Part shown: positions 56,084 through 64,000 of the stretch, piece by piece
How the letters are laid out: every line of letters begins with the position of its first letter
Numbering within the stretch: position 1 is the stretch's first letter
NCBI GenBank assembly: GCA_965202665.1
Contig: OZ241841.1
Span: 2,208,001-2,272,000 of the forward strand
DNA: 64,000 nt
Direction of reading: 5' to 3'
Origin: Candidatus Spongiisociaceae bacterium
GTDB lineage: Bacteria > Actinomycetota > Acidimicrobiia > Spongiisociales > Spongiisociaceae
The notes under the pieces: model-generated
Seen by the model: the letters and a program-made list of their open reading frames with translations, nothing else
Database searches by the model: none
Told to the model about the DNA's origin: nothing
Made by a program: the position numbers and the translations under genes

Positions 56084-56899
56084 TTAAGAAACTGGGGCGG
56101 GGCCGGTGGTGGGGGGGCCGGCGAAGGCTTGGGCTATTAGCAACCAGTCGCGGGCTTGCGGGGTGGTTTGCAGGGCGGTGTCGTCGGGGTGAATGCGTTG
56201 GGTTACCACCAGGCAGAAATCTTCGGCGGGGCCGGAAACTTTTTCCGGGGCGTCTTCCGGGCCGAGGTTCCAGGTTTCGCCATCGGGGGCGGCCAGGGTT
56301 ACCCGCACCGGCTCCGGCGGGGCTTTCCGGCCCCGGTTTTCGTACGACCATTCCCGGGTGATGAATCCCAGGCGGGCTATGTGCCTGAGCCGGTTGGCGG
56401 CGGGCAGTCGGGCTCCCACCGCGGTTGCGATGTCTTGGCCGTGGGCCCAGGTTTCCATCAGGCGGGCGGTCAGGAAAGATTTGCTCCCCATGGTCGGCCC
56501 GTACCACACCACCCGGGAATTGTTTTCCAGGCCGGACGCCGCCCGGTGGAGAGTTTCCCGGGCCCGCCGCCATTCGCCTAGAAGCACTTCGGGGGTCATA
56601 GATCGGTATTTGCCCAACGTCAGCTCGTCCAGTGTTTCATCCGGATTTCCCGAGTCGGTCAGGGGGCCGCGCAACCGCGCTACCTCCTTGGAGAAAGCAT
56701 CAGGGTCGGTGATGGCCAACGCGGCGGTCAGATCGAAGTAGGCCAGGTGGCCGATCTGGTCGGTCACCGTCCATCCCGGGCTGGGAGTGTCCGCCGACCA
56801 CTGCTCCGGGGACAACCCGGAAAGCAACCGGTCCAGGCACTCGTGTTCGGCGGCCAGGTCGGCCAGCACCTCGCTTATGTCAACCGGTTTGTCGATCAC
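56084..56899 (-). CDS. MDMPI/DinB-like metal-binding protein (TIGR03084-like)
   Basis: TPSPGWTVTDQIGHL, TARLMETWAHGQD, IAQAFAGPP. Confidence 0.85.
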   Translation of the reverse strand: MIDKPVDISEVLADLAAEHECLDRLLSGLSPEQWSADTPSPGWTVTDQIGHLAYFDLTAALAITDPDAFSKEVARLRGPLTDSGNPDETLDELTLGKYRSMTPEVLLGEWRRARETLHRAASGLENNSRVVWYGPTMGSKSFLTARLMETWAHGQDIATAVGARLPAANRLRHIARLGFITREWSYENRGRKAPPEPVRVTLAAPDGETWNLGPEDAPEKVSGPAEDFCLVVTQRIHPDDTALQTTPQARDWLLIAQAFAGPPTTGPAPVS

Positions 56900-56922
56900 C
56901 CGGTCAGTTTAGGCGGGCGGGG

Positions 56923-58278
56923 TTACGGGGCGGGACCGGCTCGGGCGGGCGGTCCGGGCCGGGGCCGGGTTTTCCACTGGCCCTTATGCTGGAAAAGTTC
57001 CAGGTTGCGTTCTTGCAGGCGTCGATGGTGGGACCCGCAGAGGGACGCCAGGTTGTCGATGTCGGTGGGGCCGCCGTCGTACCAGTCCCAAATATGGTGC
57101 AGCTGGTTTTGATGGGTGGAAATGTCGCATCGGACGCACCCCCCGTCCCGCACCGCGGCCGCCATCCGCTGGGCGGCGTTGCCCAGACGTTGGTTGCGTC
57201 CCAGCCACAGCACCCGTCCTTTCCCTCCGAAGATAATCCCACTCAGCGAAGTATCAGGCGAGAGACGTCCCAGAACGGAGGGCGGCACCGGCCCGCTCCC
57301 CAAAACCTCGCACCGCCCCTCCGGCCCGGTCCCGTCTAAAACCCCAATGTCGGCCACCACCACCAGTTGCGTATGATTTTTGCCCGTTTGAGCCTCCGCC
57401 TCGGGCAAGGGCTGAAAAGTTTCAGAATCGCGGCCGGTCAAAAGTTCGAACAGGGCGTCCGCCCGCCGTTGCTCGTTGGAACGAACCTCATCGGGAGGAA
57501 CCCCGCGGCCGGAGTCAGCCCGCCGCAACCGGTCCGCGCCCAGGTCCAAAGCCTGCCGCACCTGCCCGAAAGCGATCCGGTCCAATTCAGCGTGCAACAC
57601 CCCCATGTCTTTGGCCGGGTCCCAGAACATATAAGCTTTGCGCCGCCGCCGTTGCCGCCGCAAAGTTTCCTCTTCCCGGTCCCGGCTGTTGGCGGAAGTC
57701 CATTCCCGGGCTTTCTTGCGGAACCCGTCCGGGTTGGAAACAACCGCCTCCCCCAACAAGCCCTTGTCCTGGTCCACCCGCCGGGCCCCGCATTCCCGGG
57801 CGGCGTTGGTCAGGGAGGAGGCGTGTTCCAAGGTGATTTCCCCCGCCGCCAGCTTGGCCCGCGTGTTGGGCATCTCCGCCAACCCCTCCGACACTTTGGT
57901 GATGTGTTTGGCCTGGTGGGATGTCATGCCCATCTGGTCTTGCATAATCTCAGCCGCCTCCCGTTTTCCCTCCGCCCGGGACAGACGCAACGCGATAGCG
58001 GTTTCCAAGCCGGCCAAACGGGCTTTGGCCCGCTTCACCGCCCCCGCCACCTCCTCCAACTCAGCCCGGGAGGCGGCGCGGGCGGCTTCCTCTCTCAGGA
58101 TGTCCAACCCGGCCCCGATCTGCTCATCGGCCGCCTGAACCCGCTCGGAATTGGCAATACGCTTCATATTCCCCAACGTAACAGAGGAGTGTGACAAATT
58201 CTCCCCGCCCGGAGTTGGGCTCGCGCCGGCGCGCTCAGCAACCTGCGGCAACCGCTCGGAATTGGATATGCGCTTCAT
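56923..58278 (-). CDS. DUF222 / HNH endonuclease (13E12-like repeat family)
   Basis: QRRADAL, LWLGRNQRL, RDGGCVRC, HHIWDW.DGGPTDIDNLASLCGSHH; two in-frame ATGs (58278, 58167). Confidence 0.88.
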   Translation of the reverse strand: MKRISNSERLPQVAERAGASPTPGGENLSHSSVTLGNMKRIANSERVQAADEQIGAGLDILREEAARAASRAELEEVAGAVKRAKARLAGLETAIALRLSRAEGKREAAEIMQDQMGMTSHQAKHITKVSEGLAEMPNTRAKLAAGEITLEHASSLTNAARECGARRVDQDKGLLGEAVVSNPDGFRKKAREWTSANSRDREEETLRRQRRRRKAYMFWDPAKDMGVLHAELDRIAFGQVRQALDLGADRLRRADSGRGVPPDEVRSNEQRRADALFELLTGRDSETFQPLPEAEAQTGKNHTQLVVVADIGVLDGTGPEGRCEVLGSGPVPPSVLGRLSPDTSLSGIIFGGKGRVLWLGRNQRLGNAAQRMAAAVRDGGCVRCDISTHQNQLHHIWDWYDGGPTDIDNLASLCGSHHRRLQERNLELFQHKGQWKTRPRPGPPARAGPAP

Positions 58279-58500
58279 ATTCCCCAACTTAATAGGGGGG
58301 GTGTGACAAATTTCGCTGGAAAACGCTACTCAACAATAAAAACCAAAAATAGTCTAAAGATTTTTTTCGCGTTCTCAAGGCGGGCAGTTAAGGCGGGTGG
58401 CAGGTCGGGCGGCCGGGAAGGGGAGCAGGGGAGGATTTATGTCACAGACCTCCGCTACCTTAGGTGCTGAAACTTGGAACCGGCGAATGGGAGGCTTCCG

Positions 58501-59637
58501 ATGCGCAATCAGATAACCGAAATGTTCGGGATCGACGTTCCTATTTTCGCTTTCAGCCATTGCCGGGATGTGGTGGTGGCGGTCACCAAAGCGGGCGGGA
58601 TGGGGGTGCTGGGGGCGGCCGGTCACAGCGGCGAAGAACTGGAAACCGACCTGCGCTGGATAGAGGAGCAACTGGACGGGGCGCCCTACGGGGTGGATGT
58701 GATCGTGCCCGCCTCCTACGCCGGGGCTGACCGGGGCGGTTACACGGTGGGGGAGGTACAGGAACTCATTCCCGATGAGCACCGTCTTTTCGTGGACGAC
58801 CTGCTGGAACGGTACCAAGTGCCGGAACTGGCCGACGAGGCCCGGGGCCTGTTTGATTTGTCCCCCGACGCCCCCGCCCCGTTGTCGGCCGGCCAGGTCG
58901 GTCCGCAACTGGACATCGCCCTGGCCCGCAATCCGGTCCTGCTGGTCAACGCCCTGGGGTCGCCGCCGCCGTTCATGATCGAGAAGGCGGGGGAGGCCGG
59001 GCGGCGGGTGGGGGCGTTGGCCGGTCTGCCGCAACACGCCGAACGGCATCGCAACGCCGGGGTGGAGGTGATAATCGCCCAAGGTTCGGAGGCGGGCGGG
59101 CACACCGGGGAGGTGGGGACTATGGTGCTGACCCCGCAAGTGGTGGAGGCGGCGGCCCCCGTTCCGGTGCTGGCCGCCGGGGGGATCGGGCGGGGCAGCC
59201 AGATGGCGGCGGCCATGGCCTTGGGGGCGCAGGGAGTGTGGTGCGGCTCGGTGTGGCTGACCACCCACGAGGCGGAAACCCATCCGGCGGTGAAAAACAA
59301 ATTCTTGGAGGCGTCTTCTTCCGACACCGTTCGTTCCGCTTCCCGCACCGGCAAGCCCGCCCGGCAACTGCGCACCGCTTGGACGGAGGAGTGGGAGCGG
59401 CCCGACGCCCCCGAACCGCTGGGGATGCCCATGCAGCCGGTGCTGGTGGACGAGGCGCTGCTGCGCATCGAACGGGCCGCCCACCGGGAAGGTTCGGGGG
59501 CGGAACGTTTGATTAATTATTACGTGGGGCAGGTGGTGGGGTCGCTGAACGAGTCCAAACCGGCCGCGCAAGTGGTGTATGAGATGGTGGAGGAGTACAT
59601 AGAGAGCGCCCGCCGAATGTCGTCCCTGCTGGAATAG
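58501..59637 (+). CDS. Nitronate monooxygenase family flavoprotein
   Basis: PIFAFSHCRDVV, AQGSEAGGHTG, VLAAGGIG, GVWCGSVWL. Confidence 0.9.
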   Translation: MRNQITEMFGIDVPIFAFSHCRDVVVAVTKAGGMGVLGAAGHSGEELETDLRWIEEQLDGAPYGVDVIVPASYAGADRGGYTVGEVQELIPDEHRLFVDDLLERYQVPELADEARGLFDLSPDAPAPLSAGQVGPQLDIALARNPVLLVNALGSPPPFMIEKAGEAGRRVGALAGLPQHAERHRNAGVEVIIAQGSEAGGHTGEVGTMVLTPQVVEAAAPVPVLAAGGIGRGSQMAAAMALGAQGVWCGSVWLTTHEAETHPAVKNKFLEASSSDTVRSASRTGKPARQLRTAWTEEWERPDAPEPLGMPMQPVLVDEALLRIERAAHREGSGAERLINYYVGQVVGSLNESKPAAQVVYEMVEEYIESARRMSSLLE

Positions 59638-59660
59638 CCCCGCCGCTGGAGCCCCGGCGG

Positions 59661-60060
59661 TCAGTCCCCTTCGTCCGGGTTTTCCCCTCCGGGCTGGTCG
59701 GCGTGGCAGCCCTGCATCAACCCGAAAATGTTGCCGCCCGGTTCCCGGATTTGGATCCAACGGCCCACGCCGGTTATGTCTATGATTTCGGTAACCGCCC
59801 CGCCCCCCGCCTGCTCGGCGGCCGCTATCGCCTCTTCCAGGTTGTCGACGGCGATGGTGTTCAAAGTGTGCGGTCCCCGGTCTTCGGGGGCGGGGGCCAC
59901 CGCCCCGTCGATGCCGGGGCCGTCGGGGCCGGTGAAAGCCGGCCAGTAAGGGTTGTCGTCCCACTGCTGGAAGTTCCACCCGAAGGCGCGGGTGAAAAAT
60001 TCCACCGAAGCGGCCGGGTCGGCGGAGTAGAACTTCAAAATGAACCGGTCGGTTGGGCAT
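59661..60060 (-). CDS. VOC/glyoxalase family protein
   Basis: FFTRAFGWNFQ, GIDGAV, TIAVDNLEE, EPGGNIFGLMQ; ATG 60060 after AGGAGGGG appears to be in a different frame from these motifs, so a frameshift near the start is possible. Confidence 0.7.
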
Positions 60061-60093
60061 GTTCCCCTCCTATCCGGCTCGATGGCGGTTAGT

Positions 60094-60950
60094 TGTACTT
60101 GGCCAGGACGTTGGTGACGGTTTGGTTGTTGCATAGGTGAAGACCTCCTGGTGTTATGGGGAGTTAAAACGCACCCTATAGCACGGGAGGAGGTCTTCAG
60201 GGATGCATGGTAACGCGAGGTCGTCGCCTTTGGGACGTTTGGGGATGGTGTTGCGGGTAATAGGAGAAGTGGAACCGGTAGCGCGGGTGGCTCGGCGGTG
60301 TGGGCCTGTCCCGGCAGTGCGTGTCCAAGTGGGTGCGCCGTTACCGGGAGGAAGGCGAGGCCCGGTTTGGAGGATCGGTCGCCTCGGCCGCGTTGTTCCC
60401 CTATGCGTACCAGCCCGGAGGTGGAAGAGCTAACTTCGTCCATACCGCCCGGCGGGGGATGGAAGGTACACGGCCGGGGCAACGCCCCCGCCGGGGGAGC
60501 GGGATGGACCTTTGTGCACTCCATAGTGGACGACTACACCCGCCTCGCCTACTCCGAGCCGTTACCGGACGAGAAAGGAACCACCGTCGCCGCGTTCACC
60601 GCCCGCGCCCTCGCCGCCTTCCGCCAAAAAGGCATCACCCACATTACCGAGATCATGACCGACAACCATTGGAGCTACACCCGCAGCCGCCTATTCGCCG
60701 CCCTGCTCGCCCAACACGACATCCGTCATATCACGATCAAACCCTATCATCCCCAGCAGAACGGCAAAGTAGAACGATACAACCAAACCCTCAAACGAGA
60801 ATGGGCCAACTCCCAACCCTGGCCCGACAACCAAGCCCGAAACCAAGCCCTCCACCACTGGCTCCACTACTACCACAACCACCGGCCCCACTACAGCCTC
60901 GGAGGCAAACCACCAACCTCCAGACTGTAACCAACCTATTGCCATGCACA
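60094..60950 (+). mobile_element. Defective IS481-family element (857 bp)
   Basis: TGT...ACA termini, perfect 6-bp TSD GTTAGT, frameshifted HTH, VDDYTRLAYSE/MTDN/QQNGKVERYNQTL core; segment with the first catalytic Asp appears deleted. Confidence 0.92.
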
Positions 60951-60982
60951 GTTAGTTGGACGGTTTTCGGCTTCCGGGCCGG

Positions 60983-61678
60983 TCAAGCCGGGGGACGGGC
61001 CAGGCGGGTCAGCGACATCCCGTCCCCCAGCGGGACCAGGACGGTTTCGGTACGGGGGTCGTCCTGCAAACTCCGGGCGAATTCGGTCATAGCCGTAGCA
61101 TCCGGGCCCGGTTCGGGTTTCACCACTTCGCCGTTCATGAAAATATTGTCGGCGACTATCACCCCATGCGGGGCCAGCCGGGCCGCCAAGGTCCGGTAGT
61201 AGTCCGGGTAGCCGCTTTTGTCGGCGTCTATGAAAGCCAAGTCGATGGGTCGTCCGTCCGCCCCGCCCAAGGCGGCTGTCTCCTCCCAGTCGTCCATGGA
61301 GGACAGGGAGGCGGCGGCCGGGCCGATGCGCAACGTGATCCGGTCGGCCACTCCCGCCCGCTCCCAGAAACGGCGGGCCACCGCGGTGTATTCCTCGCTG
61401 ATATCCAAACACACGATGCGGCCGCCGGGGGGCAGGGCCCGGGCCATGGCCAGGCTGGACAGGCCGGTGAAAGTCCCGATTTCCACCACCAGCCGGGCTT
61501 GCAGCAGACCGACCATGAAACCCAGGAAAGCCGCCTGGTCCATCCCCGCCTGCATGCGGGCTACGTCGCCCATCGCCTCGGTTTCGGCCACCAGTTCGGC
61601 GGCCAGGTCGTCGGGCGGGGGGTTGTGGGCCAGCAGGTATTGGTAGATGGCCGGGTCCAGGTGCGGGTTGTGGTTCAC
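60983..61678 (-). CDS. SAM-dependent O-methyltransferase (CCoAOMT-like)
   Basis: VEIGTFTGLS, DLAFIDADK, IVADN, PLGDGM. Confidence 0.92.
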   Translation of the reverse strand: MNHNPHLDPAIYQYLLAHNPPPDDLAAELVAETEAMGDVARMQAGMDQAAFLGFMVGLLQARLVVEIGTFTGLSSLAMARALPPGGRIVCLDISEEYTAVARRFWERAGVADRITLRIGPAAASLSSMDDWEETAALGGADGRPIDLAFIDADKSGYPDYYRTLAARLAPHGVIVADNIFMNGEVVKPEPGPDATAMTEFARSLQDDPRTETVLVPLGDGMSLTRLARPPA

Positions 61679-61704
61679 AGCCCCCCAGATTACCCGCCGC
61701 CGGT

Positions 61705-62952
61705 ATGCCCAATGGGGCGGTACCATTCACGGCAGTGCCTACCTGCGACATCGCCGTTATCGGAGCCGGCCCGGCCGGGGCGGCCCTGGCCATCGCCGCC
61801 GCCCGGCGGGGGGCGGATGTGGCCGTGTTCGAACGGGCCGGTTACGGGCGGGACAAGGCGTGCGGGGACGGGCTCACCCCCCGGGCGGTGGGGGCCTTGC
61901 GCCAACTGGGCATAAGCATGGACGGCTCCCATCCCATCCGGGGGTTGCGGATGATCGCCGGGCGCACCGAACGTATGCTGCCTTGGCCGGAAACGGCCCG
62001 TTTCCCGGCGCAGGGGGCGGTGTGGCCCCGCCGCCGCTTGGACGCCGCCCTGGTCGACGCCGCCGCCGCGGCGGGGGCGCGCATTTTTTGGAACTCGGAG
62101 GCCCTGCCGGTGATGGACGGGGGGCGGGTGACCGGGGTGCGGGCCGCGGGGGGAGAATGGCGGGCCGGGTTGGTGGCGTTGGCCGCCGGCGCTCCGGGCA
62201 AGGCGGCCCGCATGCTGGGGGCGGTGCGGGTGGAATCCGAACCTTACGGGGTGGCCATCCGCAGCTATGTGGAATCCCCACGGCACGATGAGCGCTATCT
62301 GGAGGCCTGTCTGACGATGAGCGACGCGGCGGGCAATTCGGTGCCCGGCTACGGATGGCTGTTCCCGGCGGGGGACGGGGCCGTCAACATCGGGGCGGGG
62401 GCGCTGTCCACTATGCGCCGTTTCAAAAGCCTCAATTTGAACAAACTGCTGGACTTGTATCACGGCTCGGTGCGGGAACGGTGGGGGGCGGGGGAGTTTT
62501 TGGAGAAGCCGCGGGCGTGGCGGTTGCCGATGAGCGCCGGGCGGCGGCACGGGCCGGGATGGGTGGCGGTGGGGGATGCGGCCGGTCTCATCAACCCGAT
62601 GAACGGGGAAGGCATCGACTACGGGCTGGAGTCGGGGATGATGGCCGCCGACTTTTTCCTGTCCGACCCGTCCACGGCGGCGGACCGTTACCACGCGGCG
62701 CTGGGGGAAAAATTCGACGGTTTCCTGCGCACCGGGCGGCGGTTCTCATTCCTGATCGGCCATCCGCGGATTTTGCGGGCCGGCCTGCGGTTGGCGGTGG
62801 GCACGCAAACCATCGCCGACATCACCTTGCGGGTGATGGGAAACCTGGTCGATTCGGAGACGCCGGGGACGGCCGGCCGGGTGCTGTCCGCCGCCGACCG
62901 GGTGCTGGCCGCGGCCGACCCGCTGTTGCGCCGCACCCGCGCCCGCCGTTAG
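61705..62952 (+). CDS. Geranylgeranyl reductase family flavoprotein (MenJ-like)
   Basis: IGAGPAG, RDKACGDGLTPRA, GYGWLFP, VGDAAGLINPMNGEGI. Confidence 0.9.
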   Translation: MPNGAVPFTAVPTCDIAVIGAGPAGAALAIAAARRGADVAVFERAGYGRDKACGDGLTPRAVGALRQLGISMDGSHPIRGLRMIAGRTERMLPWPETARFPAQGAVWPRRRLDAALVDAAAAAGARIFWNSEALPVMDGGRVTGVRAAGGEWRAGLVALAAGAPGKAARMLGAVRVESEPYGVAIRSYVESPRHDERYLEACLTMSDAAGNSVPGYGWLFPAGDGAVNIGAGALSTMRRFKSLNLNKLLDLYHGSVRERWGAGEFLEKPRAWRLPMSAGRRHGPGWVAVGDAAGLINPMNGEGIDYGLESGMMAADFFLSDPSTAADRYHAALGEKFDGFLRTGRRFSFLIGHPRILRAGLRLAVGTQTIADITLRVMGNLVDSETPGTAGRVLSAADRVLAAADPLLRRTRARR

Positions 62953-62984
62953 ATGTAGCTGAAATCGCCAAATTCTGGATTTAC

Positions 62985-63012
62985 TTGACAAATTGGGGGG
63001 GGGGGTTAGCGT
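62985..63012 (+). promoter_or_regulatory. Sigma70-type promoter with G11 spacer tract
   Basis: TTGACA-AATT-G11(62995-63005)-T-TAGCGT; same layout as 9490-9517. Confidence 0.72.
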
Positions 63013-63099
63013 TTTTGCCTGTTGGGCTTTACGGCGTGTGAGGTTGCCCGCCTGATGGCCTGCGTGGTTAAAGAAAAATCCTGAGGAAGGAGGATGTAA

Positions 63100-64000
63100 A
63101 TGTCGGTTCGCGTGTCGGGGAAGGTTTGGCTTGTAGGATTGTTGGTGTTGGGTTTGACGGCGGGTTTGTTGGGTGCGGCTCCGCCGGGTGCGGTGGGGAC
63201 GCATGGGGATGATGCGGATGTGGATTATGAGCCATCGTATTCAGCCTGCGTGGGGGCGGCGACGGAGTCTTTCGGGTTTGAGGACACGGAAGGATCCTTC
63301 GCGGAGGAGGCCATAAATTGTTTGGCGCATTATGGGATCACGACGGGACGGTCGGCGACCATGTTTGCTCCCAATGATTCGGTGTTGCGGTGGCAGATGG
63401 CCCTGTTTTTGGCGAGGGCGGCCGCGGCGGCGGGGATCATGTTGGCGAACCCGGCCGCTGATCAGGGGTTTACGGATGTTGGGGCGGTGTCGGGGGAGGC
63501 CCGTAACGCCATCAACGGTTTGGCGGCGGCGGGAATAATGCCCGGTGTGTCGCAGACCACTTTCTCGCCGAATGCGTCGGTGACGCGCGGTTCCATGGCC
63601 ATGTTGCTGGACGCGTTTTTGGCGGCGGCGACGCCGGGGGCGGGGGCGTTTGGGGGGGAAATTGAGAAGTATTCGGATATAGAAGTGGATAATTACAATG
63701 TTTTCAACGATATCGATGGGGTGTCGTTGAATATTTATAATGCGATTTATCGGATTTATGAGGTGGGGGTGACGCAGGGGGTGGGTGATCATCAGTTCGG
63801 TCCGGGTCGTAACGTGACAAGGGCGCAGATGGCGGCCTTCATCACTCGGGCGTTTGCGCATACGGTGGCTCGTCCGGCGGGGGTGTCGATTCAGGCGGAG
63901 AAGGATTCGGTACTAGGCGAGTCGTCGGTGCAACTTATCGTGTCGGTGCGGGATGCGATGTTTCAGCCGGTGGTGGATGCGTCGGTGGATGTGTTCCGTT
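63100..64000 (+). CDS. Secreted protein with three N-terminal SLH domains (possible S-layer protein), 3'-partial
   Basis: AAGGAGG RBS; hand translation MSVRVSGKVWLVGLLVL..., AINCLAHYGITTG, VLRWQMALFL, VTRGSMAMLL, VTRAQMAAFI; open to the window end. Confidence 0.9.
   Translation, partial: MSVRVSGKVWLVGLLVLGLTAGLLGAAPPGAVGTHGDDADVDYEPSYSACVGAATESFGFEDTEGSFAEEAINCLAHYGITTGRSATMFAPNDSVLRWQMALFLARAAAAAGIMLANPAADQGFTDVGAVSGEARNAINGLAAAGIMPGVSQTTFSPNASVTRGSMAMLLDAFLAAATPGAGAFGGEIEKYSDIEVDNYNVFNDIDGVSLNIYNAIYRIYEVGVTQGVGDHQFGPGRNVTRAQMAAFITRAFAHTVARPAGVSIQAEKDSVLGESSVQLIVSVRDAMFQPVVDASVDVFR

Overview
High-GC bacterial chromosome segment, most consistent with an actinobacterium (probably Acidimicrobiia-like; host association is inference from the SLH/Calx-beta and R-M load). 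Core genes: tRNA-Arg, tRNA-His, tig-clpP-clpX-valS, tRNA-Ser, a Fur-family regulator with a Ni/Co ECF transporter, modABC and small catabolic enzymes. Accessory content: a ~4,450-aa repetitive SLH-anchored surface protein, three more SLH proteins, three DNA-methyltransferase/defence loci (type IIG at the left edge; MTase + separate specificity ORF + PLD-SNF2 helicase; a type III-like system with a stand-alone nuclease gene), IS481/ISL3 debris, a DUF222/HNH gene and phage-like DNA. The most notable signals are: (1) a set of putative slippage switches: two near-identical TTGACA-xATT-G11-T-TAGsGT promoters before SLH genes, a C11 tract putting the mod ATG out of frame, an in-frame G11, and a 7x10-bp repeat giving split, fused or truncated MTase products; (2) a G/T-rich-left, C/A-rich-right strand polarity in repeated or multicopy sequences; (3) a patchwork at 31-35.6 kb punctuated by orphan IS481 ends. 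All calls are from reading the sequence; no searches were run.
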